A stretch of 64,000 bases of DNA from Eledone cirrhosa (GCA_964016885.1 OZ024752.1:310001-374000), one strand, 5' to 3'. Shown: positions 1-13,919, numbered from the stretch's first letter. Numbers and translations are program-made. The notes: a model not told the origin generated them from the sequence alone.

Positions 1-1099
1 GAAATCGGCTGAGTTCCGACCTGGAAAGGAATGAGCTCAGCCAGTTTTTTAAATGCCCCAACAACTACGCTATAAGTTGTATATACATTGCTGGATTGTT
101 GAGCTTTCCTGAGAGCAAATTTGTCACCCGTAGCTTATCACTATTTAGTATGTAGTTGTTTATATCGCAACTAATCACCATATCAGGTAGCCGTACCGCT
201 ATCCCCTACCTGCAATCTGTTATATTGCAGAACATATCCCTCTTTCATGTACCGAATCCATATTGCCTTCCCAAGATACCGTCATTTCTACATGGCATAT
301 TTTGCCAAAACAAACTACGAAGGTGGTTTCTCAAACATGGCCTTAGCCGTAATGACTAAAACAAATTGAAACACTAAAGAACATTCATAAGGTAGAAGCG
401 TTGCTTCGATATTGCATTATGACTTCAAAATATCATCATTACCTTCAGATTCCTCTGCACTTTCCATCACAAGCACCACCCTGAAGTCTGCGTTTGAACT
501 TTCTGTAGCCTTTCTTTAGAAAACAACCGGGTTCTCATCATATTGATAATGTTTCAAAGCTGTTTTTATGCACCAGCAAGGGTGTTCAAGACTTGTTTAT
601 ACCATCAACGATATTCTGATAGGGAAAACTTTCATGCTACTAGAACATTTTCCAGCAATATGTAGCCCGATGTCAAGGCTGGGGAACCCATTTTCCGCCC
701 TTAAATTTGAAACAGTTCGCTAATAAAGTTACTGAAATTCACGTATGGAAAAAATATCGCTCAAAACGTTTAAGCCTTAAGGCCCAAATAGTACACATGA
801 GATATATATCTATAAATTTGCTAAATTAAAGTAGCAACAATTATTATTACATATGTATGACTGTCTTTTGGAGAGAGGATTACCTATTATTTCATCAAGG
901 TAGTGAATTGGTAGAGTTGTTAGGGCGTCGGATGGTTACAAATACCTCGGTATTTATTCCACCTAAGTCAACCTTGCCTTTCATCATTTCACGATCGATA
1001 AAGAAAGTACGAGCAGTTCAGTACTAGGATCAGTTCTTCCTCTACATCACTTTCTCATTTGACCACAACGGGATTTGAACACGGAATAAATATCCAATA

Positions 1100-1393
1100 T
1101 GTGAGTGAGTGAGAGTGTGAGTGAGTGAATGAGTGAGTGAGTGAGTGAGTGAGTGAGTGAGTGAGTGAGTGAGTGAGTGAGTGAGTGAGTGAGTGAGTGA
1201 GTGAGTGAGTGAGTGAGTGAGTGAGTGAGTGAGTGAGTGAGTGAGTGTGTGTGTGTGTGTGTGTGTCAGAGAAAGAGAGTAAGAAAGAGAGGGAGAGTGA
1301 AATGACGAATTGAAGAAAATCGAGACAACTACAAAATACGAAGACAGAAAAAAGGAGACGAGAGAGAGAGATGTAGGGGGAGAGGGGGAGACT

Positions 1394-1448
<55 letters not shown>

Positions 1449-1569
1449 AAAGGCAGAGAGAAACGTATGTTTATGTGTGTACGAATTAAGAATGAAACGA
1501 AAAAGAGAGAAAGGTGAAAGAGAAAACAATAGAGTGAGAGAGAGAGAGAGAGAGAGAGTGAGATGAAAG

Positions 1570-1606
<37 letters not shown>

Positions 1607-2060
1607 CGAGTGTGTGTATGTGCGAGTGTGTGTATGTGCGAGTGTGTGTATGTGTACACATTGAGAAGGAGACGAAAGACAGCCAAAAGGCAGAGTGAAA
1701 GTGAGAAATAGTGTGTAAATGTGTGTGTCTTAGTCGATGAATGTGTGTGTGTTAGTGGATGTATGTGTGTATTAGTGGTTGTATGTGTTAGTGGGCGTGT
1801 GTGTTAGGGGTTGTATGGCCATACTCGATAACCAGGGGGCAGCCATCATGTGTGTTAGTGTGTGTGTGTTAGTAGATATATGTGTGTATTAGTGGATATA
1901 TGTGTGTGTATTAGTGGTTGTATGTGTGTTCGTGATTGTATGTGTATTAGTGGTTGTGTGTGTGTGTGTGTGTGTGTTAGGAGAAGTATGTGTGTATTAG
2001 TGGATGTATATGTGTTAGTATGTGTGTGTATTAGTGGATATATGTGTGTATTAGTGTAAT
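1100..2060. repeat. Compound microsatellite block (GAGT)n, (GA)n, (GT)n
   Basis: Direct inspection. Confidence 0.95.
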
Positions 2061-2246
2061 GTAGTTGAGTGAGTAAGAAACGCTGTAAGAGAGTAATCTA
2101 ATATAAGGCGGCGGCGGCGGGCTTTTAGTCAGGTCCAGCTTTGAAAACAGCTGACAAATATTGGTCGTCTGCCAACACAGGTGAACAACTCTTGCTGTAT
2201 TGTACAGTTTAATAGCTTTATTTCTCAATCACATACACCCCAGCCC

Positions 2247-2286
<40 letters not shown>

Positions 2287-2443
2287 ATATAGAGATATAT
2301 AGGTGCATCTTTCTCCCTCTCTTTCTCTCTCTCTCTTTATATATATATATATATATACACATATATTTAATCTGTTATTTTAATTATATATACACATATA
2401 TTTATAGATAGACATACAACTCTATCTCTATATATATATACAA

Positions 2444-2498
<55 letters not shown>

Positions 2499-2837
2499 TA
2501 GACATACAACTCTATCTCTCTCTATATATATATAAACAAACACACACACACATATATATATATATAGATAGACATACAACTCTATCTCTCTCTATATATA
2601 TAAACATGTGCACACATATCTATAAATAGATAGATATACAGCTCTATCTCTCTCTCTCTATATATATATAAACACACACACACATATATATCTATAGATA
2701 GATATACAACTCTATCTCTCTCCATTGATACCTCTATCTCTATCTCTATCCCACTCTGCCCACCACCACCACCACTACTACCACTGTACATCTTTATCAC
2801 GTTACTAACACCAACAACTGAGATTTCTTGGCAATCA

Positions 2838-3440
2838 GTGTTATGTTGGTAGCGTTGGTGGTGTTGATGATGGTATTGATGGTATTAGTGGTATTGCTGG
2901 TGGTGTTGGTAGTGGTGTAGTTGCTGGTGGTGGTGGTGTTGGTGGTATTGCTGGTGGTGTTGGTAGTGGTGTAGTTGCTGGTGGTGTTGGTAGTATTGGT
3001 GACGACGTTGGTGGTATTGCTGCTGGTGGTGGTGGTGGTGTTGGTAGCGTTGGTGGTGTTAGTGGTATTGCTGGTGGTGGTGGTGGTGGTGTTGGTAGCA
3101 TTGGTGGTGGTGGTGATGGTAGCGTTGGTCGTGTTAGTGGTATTGCTGGTGGTGGTGGTGCTTGCGTTGGTGGTATTGCTGGTGGTGGTGGTGGTGTTGG
3201 TAGCGTTGGTGGTGCTGTTAGTGGCGTTGCTGGTTGTGCCGATGGTAGTATTGTTGGTTATGATGTTAGTGCTAGTAGTGGTGTTGGTGGTAGTGTTAGT
3301 GGTGTTGATGGTTGTGGTGTTAGTAACGTTGGTGATGGTGACAGTGGTCTTAATGGTATTGCTGGTGGTGGCCATGGCATTGTTGGTTATGGTATTGGTG
3401 GAGTTGATGATGTTGTTGGTATTGGTTGTGGGGTTGGTTC
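2838..3440. repeat. Degenerate (TGG/TGT)n trinucleotide array
   Basis: Direct inspection; produces the poly-V, poly-T and poly-P ORFs. Confidence 0.95.
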
Positions 3441-6400
3441 GACGATGAACATATAAATGGACGTCTAACTCAAATTAACGCGTGAGTGGTTGAATATTCC
3501 ACAAACATGGGCACCCTTACCGTAATCCCCATGCTGAATCAAAGAGACCCTTCGAATTACAGGTACAATCCATCGAACGAGTTTCTACATAGTTTCTGTC
3601 TATCCAATTTCGCATACAGAGCGTGTATCGATCTGAGGCTTGTGATAAAAGACATTTGTCGAAGATGCTATGCAAGGAATCGAACTCAAAACTTCATGGT
3701 TGCCAAGCGAACTTCTTATCCATTTAAGACTACATGATCTAATGAGTCCTTTTTTTAAAAGATAATTGTTTCTACTTTTGGCACAAGGCCAGTAATTACC
3801 CAGTGCATTACTGGTACTTTATTTTATCGACCCTGTAAGGGTGAAAGGCAAAGTTAACCTCGGCGGGATTTGAACTCTAGGCTACAAAGAATGACGTCCG
3901 ATCCTAATATAGTGTGATTTGAGGCGGTGAATTGGCAGTCATTGGAACGTTGGATAGAAAACTTTGTGATGTTCTTTCTTGCTCTTTGCGCTCTGAGTTC
4001 AAAATCCACCGAGGTCAACTTTGCCTTTCATCCTTTCGAGGTTGACAAAATATCAATCCAGAACTGGGGTCGATTCTCCCCCCCCCCCCCCCCCGCCCTC
4101 GCTCTCTCTCTCTCTCTCTGTTCAGACCTGGGAATGGGATAAGCTCCACTAGGTTTAAAATGCCCAAGAAACTCTGTATGTCACTGCTGCCCCCTTACAA
4201 CTCCATAAGGATTTATGGGTTCATACAGACATAATGTGATTTGAGGAAGCTTTGGTTGCTATTTCTAGCAAGTCGAGCAGCCAGGTAGAGAGCTCTCTCA
4301 TTACCTCAAACCAGAAACGTGATAAAAAGAGATCAAATGCCACTTTGTTTTTTGTTTGCTTTCTCTTCCTACGTTCTGTTTTTTTAATGCTACCAAGTCG
4401 ATATGGTAAGCGCCTATGACATAATAGAATCAATTTAATCGCTAACACCTCTACTCCACGTGTCTGTGGCTATGTGCCAACGTCAGGTAGTTGATTTAAC
4501 AGAGTTGTTAGAACGTTGGATATTTCTTCCAATCTCTACGTTACGAGTTCAATTCCCACCCAGGTCCACTTTCAGGGTCGATAAAGAAAGTACCAGCACC
4601 ATGTTACTGCAGGCCTCTTTCCTTCCGGCTCTCACATCCTGGATGTTTTCTCCGAGTCAAAGTTTAACTTTTAATTTACACTGCGTACGGCTATGGGCTG
4701 GAATATCATCGAAGGTACTGTGTTGGGTTGTTTCAATCATGGCTCCACCTGTCACTGATTTATATACTGTCACTGCTTAACTGAATTATTGGCCGGTCAT
4801 TATTTTGGATTGGATTGGCAGTATCGGTAGAGGGTCGGATGCCATGCTTTCCAGCATAGTTACGTCCCTTTACGGTCTGAGTTCAAATCCCGCCGAGGTT
4901 AACTTTGCCTTTCATCCTTACGGGGTCGATAAAATAAAGTACCAGTAATGCACTGGGTAATTGCTGGCCTTGTGCCAAAAGTAGAAACAATTATTTTGTA
5001 GAGAATATATACTGTTGTATCAAATAAATCCCAAGACTTATGTCGGTGGGAGTTCGTATCATTTGTGTCAGAAATGAAGTTTTCTCTTTTCACACATCGA
5101 TAGATATTACTGTTGTTGTTGGACCTCCGTCATTTTCAACAAAGAGTATTCCAGTTGTTCGATTAACCGAACAGATTGCTCATGAATTAACTTAGTATAC
5201 CACAGGGTACTATACCTAAACAGTGTGACACCAGTGGCTGAGTATTCCACAGGCTACAAAGCCCAAACGGTGTGACACAAATGGCTGAGTATTCCGCAGG
5301 TTACTAAGCTCAGTGGGGAGGGTGGGCAGTAATATTTCTGCAAATGATACCCCGAAATATATAAAATACATCAAAATGTTTCCTTTCTCTTCCTCAACTA
5401 TTATTTTGGCAGTACTGGTAGAGGGTATGACGCCATGATTTGCAGCATAGAGTTACGCCCCTTTGTGGTCTGAGTTCAAATTCTACCGAGGTTAACTTTG
5501 CCTTTCATCCTTACGGGGTCGATAAAATAAAGTACCAGTAATGTACTGGGATAATTGCTGGCCTTATGCCAAAAGTGGAAACAATTATTTACACGTTCTG
5601 TTTCTCTGAAGTGAAAAACGTCAGGTGGATGTTGCCTCATGGTCCCAGCAGACAGTATTGCAAAGTCCTTACCCTCGGAAAATACCGAGGGAGATGCCGT
5701 AAAGAAAGGGAGTCTAAAGATTTCGAGGGAAGAAGTTTACGTGGGAGAGAATTGAAATGTTTATGTGTTACAGGATAAATACATTGGGAGGAGTGAGATT
5801 GTATAAAAAGTAATTATAAGAGTGATGACTAAAGGATAAGGAGAGGGGCTGGGGTAATGATCAAGGGAAATCAGTGTTAACGGAGGAGGGACGATCAAAG
5901 TAAAGGCAATATATAAGGAATGCTAGTAGATATGAAAAATATTGAGGCAGTAGGCACAAGGAGAAAATCTTACAAACCTCCTACTTAACCACACATAAGA
6001 ATATATATATGTGTGTGTATATCATTTATTTTGTTTGACCTGTTTAGCTTGACTTGTTTTTTGGCTTAGGTGGTTAATGCCTTCTTGACCACTTTTCAGT
6101 TTGTATGGCGTTTTAACATATTGTTTAGCTCTAGTTTTTCTTAACTATTGGAGCGCTTGCCAGCATTTCTACGATTTTGCGATTCGTTTGGCTTTTTCTA
6201 CCAGCCGAAATACGATTCTCGGTGAATTTATATTTATATATAGTGAAAGAATGAAGAGTAACATGGTTGGCTGTACAACAAGGGGCTTTATTTCAAGTAT
6301 TAACAATTGTTTCATTGATCAGGTGAGTCTAGAGGCCGATAATCGCTCAAAGTTGCGTCACTCGATCTCCATTACATTGGTGGATTGGCAGTATCGGTAG

Positions 6401-6726
6401 AGGGTCGGACGCCATGCTTTGACGTATAGAGTTACGGCCCTTGCCATTCTGAGTTCAAATCACGCCGAGGTTAACTTTGCCTTTCATCCTTACGGGGTCG
6501 ATAAAATAAAGTACCAGTAATGCACTGAGTAATTGCTGGCCTTGTGCCAAAAGTAGAAACAATTATTTACCTCTGATCAAATCCTCAGAATTCATAAAGA
6601 GAGAGGAGAGATTGGTGAATTAGTTAGAAGCCAAAGAGTAAAGGCATGTGCTCAATGTACAATATGCAGTGGAAGGCAGCTAGGTGGCTGGGTTCATGCA
6701 GAGGTTAGGTGCACAGAGCTGGAAAA

Positions 6727-6963
6727 ATTCATTAGTTAAGCAAAACAAGACCACAAATTTCACAAGGAAGACATTATTAAAAGAATTGTCAACATATTTT
6801 AGTTTGATGTAAGGAATGTAGAGAATAATAATAATAATAATATTAATAATGATAATATTATTATCATTATTCTCTACATTCCTTGCATCAAACTAAAATA
6901 TGTTGACAATTCTTTTAATAATGTCTTCCTTGTGAAATTTGTGGTCTTGTTTTGCTTAACTAA

Positions 6964-6968
<5 letters not shown>
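6727..6968. repeat. Inverted repeat, ~100-bp arms around an (AAT)n spacer, abutting (TA)n
   Basis: attcattagttaagc...gtagagaataat (6727-~6829) is the reverse complement of ~6866-6968, with one mismatch seen. Confidence 0.95.
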
Positions 6969-7004
<36 letters not shown>

Positions 7005-7074
7005 AGGTTGCAATACATGCGTCCGTAGGCGGTATGCCGATTGAGCACTCGATGCATGGACGGAGCAGAGTATA

Positions 7075-7380
7075 TTACTATAGATAACGAGGAATCAGAG
7101 ATGCATCAAAACACAATTTATTAACTTATTACATATGTTTCTCCGACGATCAGCTCAGGGCAGGATCTATTATAGATCGAACCTGACTCTGCATTCGCAA
7201 GGTCCTCAGATATGTTTATCGTTTTCAAGGCATTTCATCCGAGTGGGATGAACTCTTGCGAATGTAGAGTCAGGTTCGATCTATAATAGATCCTGCCTTA
7301 GGCTGAACATCGGAGAAACATATGCAATAACTTATAAATTGTGTTTTGATGCATCACTGATTCCTCGATATTTATAGTAT
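7075..7380. repeat. Imperfect fold-back, ~125-bp arms, hammerhead-bearing
   Basis: 7075-7201 is the reverse complement of 7255-7380 with scattered mismatches; the loop holds the small hairpin ttcatcc-gagtg-ggatgaa. Confidence 0.9.
7120..7219 (-). ncRNA. Type I hammerhead ribozyme motif with long stem II
   Basis: Minus strand: ataaacatat-CTGAGGA-[ccttgcga..cag..tcagg..gatcta taa tagatc..cctga..ctg..tcgtcgga]-GAAA-catatg-TA-ataagttaat. Stem I pairs 8/10, stem III is palindromic CATATG, triplet GUA. Confidence 0.7.
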
Positions 7381-7574
7381 ATATATACTTGGGGAGGGTC
7401 ATATTAGTGTAATATTGCCAGAATTAATAACAGAACACACTCACTGTTCGGTTGGTTTTCGCTTCTGTGTCTTTTATATCGGTTAATTTAATTTATTCGG
7501 TCCTCAATGTTACCATTGACTGACCAACGGTCAAAAATACAGATACAATATAGACACAAACACATATATATAGT

Positions 7575-7620
7575 CTAACAAAGTTCTTTCGTTGCACATC
7601 TGCAACATCGTCAGTGGTGC
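7575..7620 (-). ncRNA. Degenerate hammerhead relic
   Basis: Minus strand: CTGACGA-t-gttgca gatg tgcaac-GAAA-gaac-TT. Core and stem II are intact but stem I is largely unpaired. Confidence 0.4.
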
Positions 7621-7687
7621 TATTATGTTTCCTCCCGTTGTATTGTATGCCTACGCCATCTTTATTTAGTCTGTTTATTCATGGCCG

Positions 7688-7722
<35 letters not shown>

Positions 7723-7723
<1 letters not shown>

Positions 7724-8558
7724 TAGCTGACCCGTCCGGCTGGCGCTCGGCTAGGTATACCTGCCCCCTTCCCCTCACTCCACTGCAAAGATACCACACA
7801 CCGTCCTGTCTTGCTTTGTCCTTCCGACTCTCTCTCTCTCTCTCTCGCTCTCTCTCTCTGAATAAGGAGGTTATCCTTTTGAAATAAACATACATACGAC
7901 GCTCATCTCTATGTTGATATATGATATAAATAATGGGATTGATGAGTTAATATCTGTATACAACAACTACAACGGTACGCGATGGGGCCCACCCACAGCT
8001 CCGGCGGACAGAATGGAGAAGGCGTTTCCCCGGAGGACGGCAAGGGAGACGCGCTGGAAAAGCCACTTCAACTCGCGGGTCTCACACCTGCGGCTGGCAG
8101 CTCAGCACCAATGGTGGTGAGTAAGGAGGTAGCCCTGGGGCTGAAGACACCAGAAGTCTCCACTGCCAGGGGTACGACCGCAAACCTGTCGGAGACCGAC
8201 CGGTATTTGAGGAGTTTGGCCCCCTCAGCCCGACCTGCAGCAGAACCTGGGTATATATTGATATATTGAAGGTAGATACGGAAAGTAAAAGAGTGTTGTC
8301 ATATATAGAGTGAAGAGAGACAGAGAGTAAAGCAGTTAAATTATAGGGAGGGTGAAAGAGGGAGAGAGAGAGAGACGACGCTCAACTTTATAATAGTTGA
8401 GAGTGAAGAGTGACAGAGAGAGTAAAGCAGTTAAATTATAGAGGGGGGGGGTGATCTATTATAGAGAGAGGGAAGAGCGATGGAGAGAGTAAAGCTAAGA
8501 AACTATAGGGAGGTGTGTAGCATACATACATAATACATACACACGACACTCAGCTTTA

Positions 8559-8575
<17 letters not shown>
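7723..8575 (-). mobile_element. Probable non-autonomous Helitron carrying a LINE fragment
   Basis: Minus strand starts tataatattataaagctgagtgtcgtgtgtgtatg and ends with a GC-rich hairpin region followed by cgggtcagCTAG|T at 7723. Confidence 0.5.
7990..8250 (-). pseudogene. Relic of the C-terminal restriction-like endonuclease region of a CRE-like non-LTR retrotransposon
   Basis: Minus translation PGSAAGRAEGAKLLKYRSVSDRFAVVPLAVETSGVFSPRATSLLTTIG, frameshift, RELKWLFQRVSLAVLRGNAFSILSA. Confidence 0.75.
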
Positions 8576-8593
<18 letters not shown>

Positions 8594-8717
8594 AGGAGGT
8601 GAGTTTTATTGTAGTACAATAAAGTAATGCAGATATTGGATAAGAAGCACTCTACAGTTTGTAGGACTGGAGTATACATAATATATAAGAACAAAAGATG
8701 GTTAAAAAAGTTCCATG

Positions 8718-8788
8718 TATTTTATTATGCGCATTTCAAAAACAAATATCATCATGCAATAATATTTGTGTTTTCATCAGATAAAACA
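8718..8788 (-). ncRNA. Type I hammerhead ribozyme motif (left arm of palindrome)
   Basis: Minus strand: tgttttat-CTGATGA-aaacacaaatat tattgcatgatg atatttgttttt-GAAA-tgcgca-TA-ataaaata. 8-bp stem I (one G.U), palindromic TGCGCA, triplet AUA. Confidence 0.8.
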
Positions 8789-8905
8789 GGAAGACATGAT
8801 ATGAAGGCTAAAAACACTTGTGGATAGTGCAGTTTTAAATCAACATATGTTGATTTAAAACTGCACTATCCACAAGTGTTTTTTAACCTTCATATCATGT
8901 CTTCC

Positions 8906-8976
8906 TGTTTTATCTGATGAAAACACAAATATTATTGCATGATGATATTTGTTTTTGAACTGCGCATAATAAAATA
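8906..8976 (+). ncRNA. Hammerhead copy with core mutation GAAA>GAAC (right arm of palindrome)
   Basis: Same motif as 8718-8788 but reads GAAC at 8957-8960, losing conserved A15.1. Confidence 0.65.
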
Positions 8977-9894
8977 CATGGAACTTTTTTAACCATCTTT
9001 TGTTCTTATATATTATATATATAAATGAAAATAGAAAATAGAGAAATTAAAGTAAGCAAAAAGCCGACAATAATTCAGACATATAAGTGACTATTACATC
9101 AAGATGAAAAATGTTTAACGTAAGATATGGGATAAATAATTCAATCTTAATTCAACATCGGTGGCGTGGAGAGGGGAGGCTGGTATGCATGGGTGACTGC
9201 TGGTCTTCCACAAAACAAACCTTGCCCAGGCTTGTGCCTCAGAGGGAAACTTTCTAGGTGCAAAACCATGGTAATTCATGGACGAGTGGGGCCACCATAT
9301 ATATAAACCAAACTTAAATATTCAAACTTACAATTCTGCGACAAGTAATCCCTAATTTCATCCCATAATTTCTCTTCAAAATATGAAAATAATGGTTTCT
9401 TATATAGACATAAGGCCAGCAATTTTGAGGGCGGGGAAAGTCGATTAAATCAAAACCAGTGCGTGACTGGTACTTTATTTTATTGATCCCATAAGGGTGA
9501 AAGGCAAAGTTAACCTCGGTGGGATTTGAACTCAGATCATAAAGGGCCATAACTCTATGCTGCAAAGCATGACGTCCGACCCTCTGCCGATACTACCAAA
9601 CCACTGCCCTTCAAAATATGAAAATAACGATTCGCTGGCAAAGACGAGATTGAGACTGACCTTGACAAGATTTAGGATAGCGATGATGAATGTGGGGATG
9701 ATGTTCACGATGTTGAGAAGGGCAAATTCGAAGTGGGGGTGGTGCCTATAAATTAATTAAGTTTAGTTTTGTTTACGTGACATTAGCTCACTATGAAATC
9801 GCTATTGTCACTTTGAAGTGAAATAGCCCCACTTTGAAATTATATGTACTCACAAGATGAACATCCTATGGAGTTGTACAGCATAAGGCCAACT

Positions 9895-10813
9895 AAGCCT
9901 ACATTGACGGGCGCTCCAACGACATGATAGCTCTGGGGTCCCTATCATTAAAACACCAGAGAAACTTCCAACAATGTTGTACATCATATAAGGCCAGCTA
10001 AACCTTACATAGGCGTGAGCTGTAATAACAACTCAATTACATGGCTACATTAAATCAGTAAATCCAATTTGCCAGAATGGTTCTGTGCTGCCAACTTATA
10101 CAATTAATTAATTATAAATATATCAACAGCGGATTTCGATAACTTGAAACGTATCACTGTACATCATGTGCTCTTAGCTTTGATGTATTATTATATGGTA
10201 ATGATTACACTACCAGATATGTAAACTCTGTTTATTAATCTGTACATGGATGTACAAAAGGGGAGAAGGAGTACTCAACACAGATAGTAGAGTATAGTTA
10301 TTCCTCCAACGTTGAGGATACAATCTGTGGTTAGTCCGAGTTTCTCGCTACATAGACACACTCAAACACACAGACTTTGATTACCTGTACAGGCAGTATT
10401 TATTAGAATGCTGTTGAAGTGTGTATATATATGTATATGTATGTCCCGTCTAACCCATGCTAGCGTGGAAGAACGGACGTAAAACGGTGATGATGATGAT
10501 GATGATGATATATATATATATAAGCGTGGAAGATGGACGTTAAACAATGATGATGATGATGATATATATGTATACATATATATATATATGACCAAATGTT
10601 TAACAAGGTTCATTGATTAATCAATGAATAAAGTTTTACAATAGATTAGAAGCACTCAACAGAGAGGTTTTCTGGAGTTATTTATATTACTTCAAAATAT
10701 TAATAAATATAGATCAAATATATTTGATCACATGAATGTCTATATTTATTAATATTTTGAAGTAATATATATACATATATATATTTCTTTTTTTTTTTTT
10801 TAGAGAGAGAGAA

Positions 10814-10861
<48 letters not shown>

Positions 10862-11390
10862 ACACACTTCAACAGCATTCTAATAAATACTGCCTGTACA
10901 GGTAATCAAAGTCTGTGTGTTTGAGTGTGTCTATGTAGCGAGAAACTCAGACTAACCACAGATTGTATCCTCAACGTTGGAGGAATAACTATACTCTACT
11001 ATCTGTGTTGAGTACTCCTTCTCCCCTTTTGTACATCCATGTACAGATTAATAAACAGAGTTTACATATCTGGTAGTGTAATCATTAGCATATAATAATA
11101 CATCAAAGCTAAGAGCACATGATGTACAGTGATACGTTTCAAGTTATCGAAATCCGCTGTTGATATATTTATAATTAATTAATTGTATAAGTTGGCAGCA
11201 CAGAACCATTCTGGCAAATTGGATTTACTGATTTAATGTAGCCATGTAATTGAGTTGTTATTACAGCTCACGCCTATGTAAGGTTTAGCTGGCCTTATAT
11301 GATGTACAACATTGTTGGAAGTTTCTCTGGTGTTTTAATGATAGGGACCCCAGAGCTATCATGTCATTGGAGTGCCCATCTATGTAGCTT
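9895..11390. repeat. Long inverted duplication, ~550-bp arms and ~400-bp spacer with a nested 30-bp inverted repeat
   Basis: ~9895-10442 is the reverse complement of ~10845-11390, near-identical in the core. Nested perfect arms at 10684-10713 and 10739-10768. Confidence 0.95.
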
Positions 11391-13872
11391 TAGCTGGTCT
11401 CCTACGATGTACAATCTCATAGGAAGTTTCTCTGGGGGTTTTAATGATAGGAGCCTCATATATATATATATATAATTGTTTCTACTTTTGGCACAAGGCA
11501 AGCAATTACCCCAATACATTACTGGTACTTTGTTTTATCGACCCCGTAAGGATGAAAGGCAAAGTTAACCTCGGCGGGATTTGAACTCAGTCCGTAAAGG
11601 TGTCCCAGCATAGCGTCAGCCTGTTGGTAGGAACACATAATAGAATAGTAGAATATATATTCTGACGAACTTGTGTATAGAATATACCTTTGTCACATTT
11701 AGTCCCTTATGTGGTTGATGACAAGCGCTTCTGTTAACACAGCAAAAATATAACTTGCAGTAACCTGTAAGTTAGCTTTAGCTTTTAGAATCAAATATCC
11801 AGTTTTAATCTCCCTATGTTCAGATAAATCTCAACTAGTTAGCATAGTTATATACCCACTTCTATCATGGTTTATTTTAAGGAAATTATAGAACTGCACA
11901 AATCTTTGAGTCAGATGCCATGACTCAGAGTTTGATATTCTCTGTGTCTGAGAAGTAATGGCTGTTTTTAATCATTTTTGTTGGTGTTTTATTTCTTTTA
12001 ACTACCATCTGCCATGTAAGTCCTGGTAGTATTTGATACAAAATGTAAACTTACTGCACAAAATTAGATTTAGAACTAAACAAATCTTTAAGGCAAGATT
12101 CATAACCCAGTGTTATTTTCTGAGTCAGAGTAACATTTGTAATGGCTATTTTATGAGTGTTTTACTCCTTTTAACTATCATGTAACATGTACGTTGACTC
12201 AGGATTAACCATTAAACAAAATAAATGTGTTTAAGGACTCAAATAAAAAGCTCGTACAGGGTTTTTTTTCAGTGCCTCACTTGCGGAGCCCTACAATCTT
12301 TTAAGGGCTAAAGGCTTCTAAAGTTCTTAATGTGGCCCTGATGTAAGAATATGTAGTATTTGACACAATATGTAAACTTATTGCACAAAATTAGGTCTAG
12401 AACTATACAAGCGGGTTAAAATAATCACTGTGCATGCCTATGTAATGAATTATTAAGACAGGCTGGTTCAACTTTACCAGTCAGAACCAATGAAAGACTA
12501 GATGTTATTTAGAACTACACAAACAGAGCTCAACTGCAGGTTAAAATAATCAGTGTTTGTACCTATGTAATAAATTATTAAGAAAGACTGGTTCAACTTT
12601 ACCTGTGATCATTCTGGGTTCAATAAACAAAGAACCAATGAAGGACTAGATCATATTTAGAACTACACAAGCAAGGTTCAATTGCAGGTTAAAATAATCG
12701 CTGATGTGAAACCATACTACAAATGGAACAAACATAAGAGCAAGACATGTTCCCTGATCTGTTTAAGATGGCTGTAACTTCAAATAAGCCTTGATTCGGA
12801 CTGAGAAAAATATTCTAAACCATGACAGCAGAGAAAAAAACAGATGTAAAGTGATGATGAGGATTCACTCATGTTCACACCCTGTATACATATATAATAA
12901 TTATAATGAGCCAGACAATTAGATATCATCTAGGATTGCTGTGTGTGTGTATGTGTGTATGTGTATAGTATGTCTTGTATGTATGATGTGTGAGAAAGTG
13001 AAGTATGAATGTATGTGTTTGAGGCGGAGTGTATGTGTACATTAGTCACAGTCATTGCACTTGTTGACCACATATACTGCCCCACAAACACACAAATTCA
13101 TACTTCACTTCCTCACACATCATACATACAAACACATGATATACACACACACATACAGACAAACTTAGATTAACATTGCACTTAGTCACACCCCATACAT
13201 ACTTACATTTAAACAATTTAAACAAACATGGTACACACATACATATACACATACACACAAGAATAAACCACTTATTTTGAAACACATACATGTACACTAG
13301 ACACACACACACAAACACACATGTATATGCACACGCACACTATATCAAGACAAACTCAAACCACAAGCGCATATATAAAAGCCATCACTAGTTTCATCGG
13401 TTCACCACACACACACACACACATATATAAAGATTCACTACATACGCATACAAGATTCACTACATACACCCACATACATTATGTGTACACTCACACATAA
13501 AAGATTCACTACATATACACATATACATTATGTGTGCGCTCACACACACAGCATTCACTACATATGCACATATACATGCACTCACACACACACTCACACA
13601 TACACCTAGATTACCTGGGGACTTGACCTTCCATTTGTAGCCAGAAAACTGCACTTTTTACGCTTATTTTATAACATGATTTGACAACCAAACTACACAT
13701 CTTCCTCACCCCTACACACCCTCATTCACCCCCTTTCTCTCTTCTCTCTCTCTCTCTCTTTCTATCACACTCACTAACCCACACACTTTGTTTCCCCTCT
13801 CTCTTTCTCTCCCAATCCGCTCTCTTTTTATCCTGTGTACACACACACACACATACACACACATAGACACAC

Positions 13873-13919
<47 letters not shown>

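Larger units (their letters stand above)
8678..9016. repeat. Spacer-less palindrome, ~170-bp arms, hammerhead-bearing
   Basis: Centre aaatcaacat|atgttgattt at 8846/8847; about 3 differences seen between the arms. Confidence 0.97.

Noticed and set aside
1-900. Possible decayed transposase sequence
   Set aside because: Frames examined contain stops and no recognisable motif.
2797-3448. Mucin-like and poly-Val ORFs
   Set aside because: Translations of a (TGG)n-type simple repeat.
6101-6221. Hydrophobic ORF with a possible phase-1 donor as the missing signal-peptide exon
   Set aside because: No in-frame ATG, weak donor (gtgaat), no independent support.
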